Assembly: GCA_027310265.1 (NCBI GenBank)
Contig: DAIDBC010000039.1
Coordinates: 1-32,646 of the forward strand
DNA from: Candidatus Colwellbacteria bacterium
GTDB taxonomy: Bacteria; Patescibacteriota; Minisyncoccia; UBA6257; Colwellbacteraceae
DNA: 32,646 nucleotides
Direction of reading: 5' to 3'
Position numbers and translations under genes: made by a program. The notes below the pieces were generated by a model. That model was given only the letters and a program-made list of their open reading frames with translations. It was not told the origin of the DNA and did not search any database. Shown piece by piece: positions 24,146-30,682 of this stretch (its first letter is position 1; the number at the start of each line of letters is the position of its first letter).

Positions 24146-25797
24146 CAGTTTTTAACATTATCCGGCGGCACGTTGTAATAGTTAAGAATGAAATCAGCAA
24201 TGTCGCGGAAAGCCGGGACTACGGTCATACCGGCGAGCGGCGCTCCGGCCGGCTCATCCAATTTTATAAGCACAATAAAACGCGGATTGTAGGCCGGGGC
24301 GAAACCTACATAACTATCGATGACTTTGTCGGTATAACCGCCGCGGGACAAGTCCGGCACCTGGGCCGTGCCAGTCTTACCGGCGACGGTAAATCCGTTG
24401 ATGTGCGCCAACTGCGCCCTATCGACCGCAGCAACCATCATCCCGACCATCTGGCGGCTAGCTTCCTCGGATATAACCCGTCGCACGGCGCGGGGCGACA
24501 AACCGGCGTTCACGTAGGGCTGCATCATCACCCCGCCGTTCGCGACCGCGCTCAACGATTCCAGTAGACGGATGGGTGTGGCCGATATACCTTGACCGAA
24601 ACTAGCGGTAGCAAAGTTGATGTCGCGCTTGTTTTTCTCGAGCGGCAGAAGACTACCCACAACCTCGCCGGGCAAATCCACGCCGGTTTTTTCCTTGAAA
24701 CCAAATTTCACCAGATAATCGTAAAATGCGTCATTGCCGAGCTCACGCTCCGCAAAAGAAGCACCGGTATTCAATGAGTTTTCAATCACCTCGGTCATCG
24801 TCATTTTGCCGTGAGCCTTTAAGTCCCAGTTTTTGATTGTTTTACCACTGACAGTTATTGAACCCGTATCGACATAGGTTGTGTCCGGCGTTACCGCGCC
24901 CGCATCCAATGCCGAGGCCATGGTGATAACTTTAAAAATCGAGCCTGGTTCATACACCGCCTGCACTGTCGGGTTCATAAAATTTTTAACGTCGGACCCA
25001 CTGTAGTTGTTCGGATCGAAACTCGGCGTACCAGCCATAGCCAGAATCTTGCCGGTTTTGGGGTCCTCCACAATCACTGTCCCACCGCTCCCTTTATAAT
25101 CCCTGACTAACGTATCCAGAACGCTTTCGGCGTGGTTCTGTATATTCGCATCGATTGTAAGACGAAGATCGTCCCCTTTCTTTCCGGGGGTTACCTTATC
25201 GCCCTCGGTCGCGCCGGGTGCGCCAGCCAAGATCCCGTTGTAATAAACTTCCAAACCGTACTTGCCGACAGGATCACTTTGATCCAGCGAAACAAAACCC
25301 AAAAGCTGGGAAGCTATCGATCCCAGGGGGTAGTAGCGCAATTTTTCCTGCCCCACACTTATACCAGGGAGCTGCTGCAAGTTAAGCGCGTTAACCTGGT
25401 CGGTCGAAGCTTTGCGCAAGATGGGTACGTACGTCCCGCTCTTATCGCTCAAAGTTTTTTTCAAGTCATCGCTGTTACGGCCGGTTACGGAGGCAAGGGT
25501 TTCCGCCAAACCGAACACGCTTATTTTCTCCTGTTGTTCAGCTTTGGCGATTTCCGCCGGATTAGCCACAATAATCGGGTATTCTTTGGTGATCGCCGCC
25601 GGAACGTCGGCACCATCGCGATCGGTAAAGTAAATATTTCCCCGCTCGGGAGCGAGGATGCCAGTCATTTCGTAAAACTGCTCCGCCTGGACTTTATAAT
25701 TCCCTCCGCGAACGACCTGAATGTTATAAACATTCAGAATCAGAATGGCATAGAGAATGCTCGCAAGTATAGTTACTATTGCGATGCGAAAGCCCAT
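24145..25797 (-). CDS. ftsI: Class B penicillin-binding protein (FtsI/PBP2-type transpeptidase)
   Basis: It has an N-terminal TM anchor, a PBP dimerisation domain, and the transpeptidase motifs SIFK (SxxK), SLN (SxN) and KTGTA (KTG). It sits in a dcw-cluster context. 550 aa. Confidence 0.88.
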   Translation of the reverse strand: MGFRIAIVTILASILYAILILNVYNIQVVRGGNYKVQAEQFYEMTGILAPERGNIYFTDRDGADVPAAITKEYPIIVANPAEIAKAEQQEKISVFGLAETLASVTGRNSDDLKKTLSDKSGTYVPILRKASTDQVNALNLQQLPGISVGQEKLRYYPLGSIASQLLGFVSLDQSDPVGKYGLEVYYNGILAGAPGATEGDKVTPGKKGDDLRLTIDANIQNHAESVLDTLVRDYKGSGGTVIVEDPKTGKILAMAGTPSFDPNNYSGSDVKNFMNPTVQAVYEPGSIFKVITMASALDAGAVTPDTTYVDTGSITVSGKTIKNWDLKAHGKMTMTEVIENSLNTGASFAERELGNDAFYDYLVKFGFKEKTGVDLPGEVVGSLLPLEKNKRDINFATASFGQGISATPIRLLESLSAVANGGVMMQPYVNAGLSPRAVRRVISEEASRQMVGMMVAAVDRAQLAHINGFTVAGKTGTAQVPDLSRGGYTDKVIDSYVGFAPAYNPRFIVLIKLDEPAGAPLAGMTVVPAFRDIADFILNYYNVPPDNVKN

Positions 25798-26066
25798 TCT
25801 GGGTTTTTGTCTTGAACCATTCCTCGATCCTTAGAGAGTTTTTCCAACGCCGCCGAACCGGTCTCCTGATACAGGGTATTCTTCAAATCGGCATTCTTAA
25901 CCTGTAAGGCGTCTAGTTCCCCTCTCAACTGGCCTATATCGTGGGCAAGGCTCACGCTTCTCGAATAAAGCATCACGTTTGAGACGGCGAAAAGCACCAA
26001 AATCACTCCTAAGCCGATGATTAGTTGGATAACACTTCTCTTTCTATTTGGTTGGATGACTGTCAT
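25776..26066 (-). CDS. ftsL: FtsL-like cell division protein (single TM + coiled coil)
   Basis: 96 aa with an N-terminal TM helix followed by a heptad-like segment (LRGELDALQVKNADLKN). It lies between rsmH and ftsI. The call rests on position and architecture only. Confidence 0.55.
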   Translation of the reverse strand: MTVIQPNRKRSVIQLIIGLGVILVLFAVSNVMLYSRSVSLAHDIGQLRGELDALQVKNADLKNTLYQETGSAALEKLSKDRGMVQDKNPEWAFASQ

Positions 26067-26074
26067 TTACTAGA

Positions 26075-26971
26075 TTAAATAAGTTCTGCTGCCCGTAGTT
26101 TGGCCGACCGACTCCTGGGGTTTTGCGCGATTTCCCCATCGCTGGGGACAATCGGCTTTCTAGTGATTACTTTTAAAATTCCCGCGCGTTCCGCTTCTCT
26201 GAAATTATTTTTGACAATGCGGTCTTCAAGCGAATGGAAAGAGATTATTGCGACCCGTCCGCCCGGGACGACTATTTTCTTCAAATTGTTTAGCGCTTTT
26301 TCCAATTCTCCCAATTCGTCGTTCACATAAATTCTCAAAGCTTGGAAAACGCGCGTTGCGGGGTTGATCCGTCCACGTTCGTAACCTCGTGGTGCAGCTT
26401 TCTTAACAATCCCGACAAGATCAAATGTTGTAAGGATGTGTTTGCGCTTCCGAACAACTATTATTTCTTTCGCCACTCTACGCGAGAGTCTTTCATCGCC
26501 ATAATGGTAAAAAATGTCGGCGAGTTCCTTTTCCGAAAGTTGGTTCACAACTTCCGCGGCGGTTAAGTTGGCCGAGGTATCATAACGCATATCCAGGGGC
26601 TCATTATTCTGGAAAGAAAAACCCTTTCCTGAAACAAGCTGTTCAGATGAGAACCCTAAATCTAAGAGCAGGCCATCCGCCCTGCGGAGTTTTTTATTCT
26701 CAAGTATTTCTGGCAACTCGGCGTAGCTCCCATGAATCAGGGTTATCTTTGCGTGAGAATGGCTACTGTCCCTTTCGGCAATCCGCGATTTAAGCTTTGT
26801 GAGAAGTTCGCTGTCTTTATCAACTCCAATAAATACGCCCTTCGGCCCGAGGCGCCGTGCTATTTCTAAACCGTGGCCTCCCCCGTCGACCGTGCCGTCG
26901 ATCACGAATTTACCCGGAACAACTGCGAGAATCTCCAAAACTTCATCTAAAAGAACCGGAACGTGCGGCAT
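26075..26971 (-). CDS. rsmH: 16S rRNA (cytosine1402-N4)-methyltransferase RsmH
   Basis: HVPVLLDEVLE, DGTVDGGGH, DLGFSS and SFHSLEDRIVK are present. 298 aa. Confidence 0.93.
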   Translation of the reverse strand: MPHVPVLLDEVLEILAVVPGKFVIDGTVDGGGHGLEIARRLGPKGVFIGVDKDSELLTKLKSRIAERDSSHSHAKITLIHGSYAELPEILENKKLRRADGLLLDLGFSSEQLVSGKGFSFQNNEPLDMRYDTSANLTAAEVVNQLSEKELADIFYHYGDERLSRRVAKEIIVVRKRKHILTTFDLVGIVKKAAPRGYERGRINPATRVFQALRIYVNDELGELEKALNNLKKIVVPGGRVAIISFHSLEDRIVKNNFREAERAGILKVITRKPIVPSDGEIAQNPRSRSAKLRAAELI

Positions 26972-26977
26972 ACCACA

Positions 26978-27409
26978 CTAAATACCGAGCTCTCCCAATT
27001 TCTCGGCTATTTCTTCGGAAGAGCCTTCGGTCTTAGTGCGATATTCCTCCCAGGTGGCGGCATTCCAGATTTCCATGCGGTTGTAAACGCCGCAAACAAC
27101 CGCTTCTTTATCTAGTCCAGCGTACTTGCGGAGATAATCGGGAACGAGAATCCTACCCTGACTGTCCAGTTCAACGTCAGAGGCGCCGGAGAGCATCAAA
27201 CGCACGAAAGCGCGTGAGTTGGCCTGTGCCAGTGGGAGACTGGTCAATTTTTGGGCCAGTTTTTCCCAGTCAGCGGCCGGGAAAACGAATAAACAACGGT
27301 CTATACCACGGGTTACTATCGCTCCACCCACGATATTGCTGCGGAACTTGGCGGGTATGGCTACCCGGCCTTTGGAATCGACGGTGTGGCGAAATTCTCC
27401 GATGAACAT
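26978..27409 (-). CDS. mraZ: Transcriptional regulator MraZ
   Basis: MFIGEF.HTVDSKGRVAIPAKFR and a second SpoVT/AbrB-like repeat DSQGRILVPDYLRKYA are present. 143 aa. It is the first gene of the dcw cluster. Confidence 0.92.
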   Translation of the reverse strand: MFIGEFRHTVDSKGRVAIPAKFRSNIVGGAIVTRGIDRCLFVFPAADWEKLAQKLTSLPLAQANSRAFVRLMLSGASDVELDSQGRILVPDYLRKYAGLDKEAVVCGVYNRMEIWNAATWEEYRTKTEGSSEEIAEKLGELGI

Positions 27410-27453
27410 TTGCTTTAGAGCGCTTCCCCTTTATTAGTGCCCTTTCTTTGTCT

Positions 27454-27494
27454 TTATCCACAGAAATGGGTACTTATCCACATCCTTATCCACA
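27454..27494 (-). promoter_or_regulatory. Three same-orientation 9-mer direct repeats TGTGGATAA (equal to the DnaA-box consensus TTATCCACA on +) in the mraZ 5' leader; candidate MraZ operator and/or DnaA sites
   Basis: Perfect TTATCCACA occurs at 27454-27462, 27474-27482 and 27486-27494. The repeats lie at about +13 to +53 relative to the predicted TSS. Confidence 0.6.
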
Positions 27495-27512
27495 ATTCCC
27501 CACTTCGGTTTT

Positions 27513-27541
27513 AGTTTATTATTTACCGCCCACACTGTCAA
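27513..27541 (-). promoter_or_regulatory. mraZ (dcw cluster) promoter TTGACA-17-TAAACT
   Basis: The minus strand reads TTGACA(27541-27536), a 17-nt spacer, then TAAACT(27518-27513). Confidence 0.55.
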
Positions 27542-27591
27542 AGAATCTTAAAAGCCTCGCCTGGCGCGGTCAGAATCCTTTATTTTACGCG

Positions 27592-27615
27592 CTTAGCCGC
27601 TTTTGGGCGGCTAAG
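27592..27615 (-). terminator. 9-bp GC-rich hairpin downstream of tRNA-Val (possible terminator or processing stem; no U tract)
   Basis: CTTAGCCGC(27592-27600)-TTTTGG-GCGGCTAAG(27607-27615). On the minus strand it is followed by CGCGTAAAATAAAGG, which is not a canonical U run. Confidence 0.35.
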
Positions 27616-27648
27616 TTATACACAAGATATTCACTTTGAGTTGTCTCT

Positions 27649-27723
27649 TGGTGGACGTTGCAGGGATTGAACCTGCGGCCTCTTCCGTGTGAAGGAAGCG
27701 CTCTGCCACTGAGCTAAACGTCC
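27649..27723 (-). tRNA. tRNA-Val (anticodon CAC), CCA encoded
   Basis: GGACGTTTAGCTCAGTGGCAGAGCGCTTCCTTCACACGGAAGAGGCCGCAGGTTCAATCCCTGCAACGTCCACCA has anticodon stem CTTCC/GGAAG and loop TTCACAC. Confidence 0.9.
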
Positions 27724-27750
27724 GCGCTCGATAAATAATAGAACGAGCGC
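27724..27750 (-). other. 7-bp hairpin with an AT-rich 13-nt loop between rplL and tRNA-Val
   Basis: GCGCTCG(27724-27730)/CGAGCGC(27744-27750) abuts the tRNA-Val 5' end. It may be a processing or pause structure. Confidence 0.3.
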
Positions 27751-27765
27751 TGTAAGATTTGAAGC

Positions 27766-28125
27766 TTACTGGATTTCGGCAGTTGCGCCCGCGGCCTCCA
27801 GTTTTTTCTTGAACTCTTCGGCTTCTTCTTTCTTGATCCCTTCCTTTACTGTCTTCGGGGCTCCGTCCACCAAGTCCTTGGCCTCTTTCAGACCTAGACT
27901 AGTAATTTCACGGATTACTTTAATGACATTGATCTTTTGTTCGCCCGATGTTTTCAAGATCAGGTTGAACGCTGTTTTTTCCTCAACGGCTTCACCAGCG
28001 GTTCCAGCCGCAGCCACCGGCGCCGCAGCAGTGATGCCAAACTTTTCCTCCATCGCTTTTACTAATTCGGAAAGTTCGAGCACGGTCATCTTTTCGACTG
28101 CGGCAATGATGTCTTCTTGCTTCAT
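27766..28125 (-). CDS. rplL: 50S ribosomal protein L7/L12
   Basis: An N-terminal dimerisation helix, an Ala-rich hinge ([17 protein letters not shown]) and the C-terminal domain [42 protein letters not shown] are present. 119 aa. Confidence 0.95.
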   Translation of the reverse strand: MKQEDIIAAVEKMTVLELSELVKAMEEKFGITAAAPVAAAGTAGEAVEEKTAFNLILKTSGEQKINVIKVIREITSLGLKEAKDLVDGAPKTVKEGIKKEEAEEFKKKLEAAGATAEIQ

Positions 28126-28148
28126 TTAAAATTCACTTATTGATTTGA

Positions 28149-28649
28149 CTATGAACTCGACCTTTTACTTTTTTCTTGTATCAGATACATAAATGCCCTT
28201 ACCGGTGCAACAAGCGTACCTAACAGTTGCCCCAACATAATTGGACGCGGCGGCAACTGACCAATAGCTTCCACCGCGGCGGCCGGCAGCATTTCATTCT
28301 TGGCAAGATCGAAACCGCCTAGAATTTGAAACTTTTCGCGTTCCTTGGAGAAACGATAGAGCGGACCGGCTGCGTCGGAAATATCGCCTTTCACAAAAAT
28401 AGTCGCAAGTTGACCGGGAGCGAGGCCTTGAACTTTTAAATCAATACCCCTTTCCTTTAGTGCAACGTCGAGCAAGCGCTTCTTGACCACGCCCATTTTA
28501 GCCCGGATTGTGCGAAGCGTGTTGCGTAAAGCGCTCAAGTCTGCAACGGGCGTGCCGCTGAAATCGGCGAAGAGTAATGCTTTAGCATCAGCTATATCGC
28601 CTATCGCTTTAGATACAATTTCCTGTTTTTGAGATTTTGTTTTGGCCAT
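28149..28649 (-). CDS. rplJ: 50S ribosomal protein L10
   Basis: MAKTKSQKQEIV......A...LFADF.G..V..L..LR matches L10. The track ORF is trimmed to the ATG at 28649. It lies directly upstream of rplL. Confidence 0.92.
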   Translation of the reverse strand: MAKTKSQKQEIVSKAIGDIADAKALLFADFSGTPVADLSALRNTLRTIRAKMGVVKKRLLDVALKERGIDLKVQGLAPGQLATIFVKGDISDAAGPLYRFSKEREKFQILGGFDLAKNEMLPAAAVEAIGQLPPRPIMLGQLLGTLVAPVRAFMYLIQEKSKRSSS

Positions 28650-28745
28650 ACGTAAAATAAAAACTGCGGACACAAATCCGCAAGAAAGGTTTTATCCTCG
28701 GCAGGTCTTGTCTCCTTTGTGGAGCGCCTGCTTTCTGCGGATCTT
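28650..28745 (-). promoter_or_regulatory. rplJ leader with mutually exclusive antiterminator and terminator structures (L10-leader-type attenuator)
   Basis: In the predicted 96-nt leader, GAUCCGCAGAAAG pairs with CUUUCUUGCGGAU, enclosing GCAGG...CUCC-ACAAA-GGAG...CCUGC. The UGCGGA segment is also the 5' arm of the terminator hairpin. Confidence 0.55.
28654..28682 (-). terminator. Intrinsic terminator (attenuator) immediately upstream of the rplJ start codon
   Basis: The minus strand reads UGCGGA-UUUGUG-UCCGCA (28682-28665) followed by GUUUUUAUUUU (28664-28654), then ACGU AUG. Confidence 0.55.
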
Positions 28746-28751
28746 AAACAA

Positions 28752-28780
28752 AGTATAAATAGTACAAACGTTATTGTCAA
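28752..28780 (-). promoter_or_regulatory. rplJL promoter TTGACA-17-TATACT overlapping the pcm stop codon
   Basis: The minus strand reads TTGACA(28780-28775), a 17-nt spacer ATAACGTTTGTACTATT, then TATACT(28757-28752). Confidence 0.55.
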
Positions 28781-29406
28781 CCCGCTTGCTCTTTTACTAA
28801 CGGCACGAAACTGAAACCGAAATATTCCCGCACCTCGAATTTCTCCGGAGTTAGTTTTTGCACCACGACTATGCTTTGACTCACCGGAGCGACAATTGTT
28901 CCGCCGGTCTTCAATTGGTTTTTCCATGCCTCAGGTATCGTGTCACCCGCGGCCGCGGCAATAATCCTATTGTAGGGCGCTTCCGGCTCATAGCCTTGCG
29001 AACCGTCGCCCAATACAAAACTTACCCGACCGGCAAGTTCAGGAAAGGCATTCAGATTACCCTCGGCAAATATTTTCAGTTCCGGGATACGCTCAATCGC
29101 GACAACTTTGCCAGATTCCCCAACCAACTGGGCTAAAAGCGCGCTCTGCCAGCCGGAACCAGAACCGACGTCCAAAATCTTACTCCCCGGCTGGGGCTGC
29201 AACAATTCCAACATAAAGGCAACTGTAAGCGGCTGAGAAATAGTTTGCTCAAAACCTATTGGTAGCGGGTGATTCTCATAGGCTTGCGATTTGAACTCCA
29301 CCGGTACGAAAGCGGCGCGATCAACTGTTTTGAAGGCCTCGATTATTGCGGGGGTTTTCAGATAACCGCCGCGCACCAACTCATCGACTAATTCGCTTTT
29401 CGACAT
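28777..29406 (-). CDS. pcm: Protein-L-isoaspartate O-methyltransferase
   Basis: FVP......AYEN.PLPIG..QTISQP and the SAM motif ILDVGSGSGWQSALLAQLVG are present. 209 aa. Confidence 0.88.
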   Translation of the reverse strand: MSKSELVDELVRGGYLKTPAIIEAFKTVDRAAFVPVEFKSQAYENHPLPIGFEQTISQPLTVAFMLELLQPQPGSKILDVGSGSGWQSALLAQLVGESGKVVAIERIPELKIFAEGNLNAFPELAGRVSFVLGDGSQGYEPEAPYNRIIAAAAGDTIPEAWKNQLKTGGTIVAPVSQSIVVVQKLTPEKFEVREYFGFSFVPLVKEQAG

Positions 29407-29427
29407 CGCCTTCGACGTCTGACAGGA

Positions 29428-29601
29428 CTACTTAAGCTTGGATTCTTTGTGAGCAGTTTGTTTACGGCACCAAGGACAATATTTCTTGTACTCAATTTTG
29501 CGCTCCACCTTTTTCTTATTTTTATGGGTGTAGTAATTGGCGCGGCCGCAAACGGTGCATTTGAGCCTTATTAAATTTTCCGAAAATTTTGACTGAGCCA
29601 T
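29428..29601 (-). CDS. rpmG: 50S ribosomal protein L33 (below the 60-aa track cutoff; found by manual translation)
   Basis: The translation is MAQSKFSENLIRLKCTVCGRANYYTHKNKKKVERKIEYKKYCPWCRKQTAHKESKLK. It has the CxxC...CxxC zinc ribbon and the L33 pattern (Y.T.KNK......K.E..KYCP.C.K.T.H.E.K). ATG at 29601, TAG at 29428-29430. Confidence 0.85.
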   Translation of the reverse strand: MAQSKFSENLIRLKCTVCGRANYYTHKNKKKVERKIEYKKYCPWCRKQTAHKESKLK

Positions 29602-29627
29602 AATTTAACAATTTATTTGCCCCCTTC

Positions 29628-29702
29628 TGGAGCCAGAGGGGAGAATCGGACTCCCGACCTCTTTCTTACCAAGAAAGCGTTCTGCCACTGAACTACTCTG
29701 GC
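29628..29702 (-). tRNA. tRNA-Thr (anticodon GGT), CCA encoded, unusual T loop TCCGATT
   Basis: GCCAGAGTAGTTCAGTGGCAGAACGCTTTCTTGGTAAGAAAGAGGTCGGGAGTCCGATTCTCCCCTCTGGCTCCA has anticodon stem CTTTC/GAAAG and loop TTGGTAA. Confidence 0.85.
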
Positions 29703-29712
29703 ATACCTAGTC

Positions 29713-29787
29713 TGGAGCCACCTCTCGGATTTGAACCGAGGACCTACTGTTTACAAAACAGTTGCTCTGCCGCTGAGCTAAGGTGGC
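29713..29787 (-). tRNA. tRNA-Thr (anticodon TGT), CCA encoded
   Basis: GCCACCTTAGCTCAGCGGCAGAGCAACTGTTTTGTAAACAGTAGGTCCTCGGTTCAAATCCGAGAGGTGGCTCCA has anticodon stem ACTGT/ACAGT and loop TTTGTAA. Confidence 0.9.
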
Positions 29788-29805
29788 TGGCAATATAAAA
29801 GAATG

Positions 29806-29889
29806 TGGGCAGGGAGGGATTCGAACCCCCGCAGCCACTAGGGCGCCTGATTTACAGTCAGGTGCAATTGACCACTCTGCCACCTGCCC
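29806..29889 (-). tRNA. tRNA-Tyr (anticodon GTA), long variable arm
   Basis: GGGCAGGTGGCAGAGTGGTCAATTGCACCTGACTGTAAATCAGGCGCCCTAGTGGCTGCGGGGGTTCGAATCCCTCCCTGCCCA has anticodon loop CTGTAAA and a class II variable arm. CCA is not encoded. Confidence 0.88.
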
Positions 29890-29894
29890 ACGCC

Positions 29895-29910
29895 TGCCTG
29901 CCGGCAGGCA
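29895..29910. repeat. Perfect 16-nt palindrome TGCCTGCCGGCAGGCA between the promoter and tRNA-Tyr
   Basis: Read directly from the sequence. It can form a 6-bp stem with a CCGG loop in the precursor 5' leader. Confidence 0.6.
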
Positions 29911-29920
29911 AGCCTGCTGA

Positions 29921-29949
29921 AGTTTAAACAACTTTATCTTTCTCTTCAA
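29921..29949 (-). promoter_or_regulatory. Promoter TTGAAG-17-TAAACT for the tRNA-Tyr/Thr/Thr-rpmG unit
   Basis: The minus strand reads TTGAAG(29949-29944), a 17-nt spacer, then TAAACT(29926-29921). The -35 overlaps the stop codon of the 90-aa ORF. Confidence 0.5.
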
Positions 29950-30218
29950 CCCTGCGTGCCATCCTTGTGTCCGTTTAACCGCCGACTCACAAGGTTGTCT
30001 GCTTTCAGTATCCACACCTTCAAGCGCCGCAATATTTTATCTTTGTAACCGACGATGAAAGTATCGATACGCTCAAGAGGTAACCTCTTGGCCCAATTCT
30101 GGACGCGATGATCCTCGAAATGCTGATCGTCCTGAACGCGCGGCGACGCTATGGCGATTAAGTAAACAACCGCACCCAACGCCACCATTAAAGCAAGCTG
30201 GATAAAAAGTTCGTACAT
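29946..30218 (-). CDS. Small protein with an N-terminal TM helix, unknown function
   Basis: 90-aa ORF with a hydrophobic N-terminus (LFIQLALMVALGAVVYLIAIA) and then a basic soluble tail. It lies 17 nt downstream of tsf. Confidence 0.5.
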   Translation of the reverse strand: MYELFIQLALMVALGAVVYLIAIASPRVQDDQHFEDHRVQNWAKRLPLERIDTFIVGYKDKILRRLKVWILKADNLVSRRLNGHKDGTQG

Positions 30219-30235
30219 TATAAGTATTTTAAGCT

Positions 30236-30682
30236 CTAAACCTCAAAGCGCGCAAAACGCTCGACTACGATGTTCTCGCCCACCTTGGCGATTACCCCCT
30301 TCACCAGCTCACTAATAGTCGTCTTGTCGTCACGGATAAAAGGCTGTGCAAGAAGCGTCTGGACATCTGCCGGGTCCATCGCGGCTATCTGCATTGCAAG
30401 GTTTTTAGCAAGCTCGCGGAACGGATCGGATTTGCCGACAAAATCAGTCTCGCAGTGCAGTTCCAAAAGCACACCAACGCGATCGTTGTGAACGTATGAA
30501 GTGACAATGCCGGCTTTTACCACCCGCTCGCTCTTCTTTTCCGCCTTTTCGAAGCCACGCTCGCGAATCAGTTCTTTGGCTTTCTCAAAATTTCCAGCCG
30601 AATCTTCGAGCGCGCGTTTACACTCCATTACTCCGGCGCCGGTTTCTTCGCGGAGTTTTTGAATGTTTTCAGTGCTAACCAT
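30236..30682 (-). CDS. tsf: Translation elongation factor Ts (short form, 148 aa)
   Basis: The UBA-like N-terminus LREETGAGVMECKRALE and the core YVH..RVGVLLEL.CETDFV are present. The track ORF is trimmed to the ATG at 30682, which overlaps the rpsB stop (ATGGTTAG). Confidence 0.88.
   Translation of the reverse strand: MVSTENIQKLREETGAGVMECKRALEDSAGNFEKAKELIRERGFEKAEKKSERVVKAGIVTSYVHNDRVGVLLELHCETDFVGKSDPFRELAKNLAMQIAAMDPADVQTLLAQPFIRDDKTTISELVKGVIAKVGENIVVERFARFEV

Noticed and set aside
27454-27530. oriC hypothesis: three perfect DnaA boxes followed by an AT-rich 19-mer (27509-27527) with some TAA/AAA trio-like periodicity
   Set aside because: Genes on both sides, including highly expressed rplJL, rpsB and tsf, are all on the minus strand, so one flank would be entirely head-on to replication. 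No dnaA or dnaN is nearby. The AT-rich stretch coincides with the spacer and -10 of a well-formed mraZ promoter. A regulatory (MraZ and/or DnaA) role fits better.
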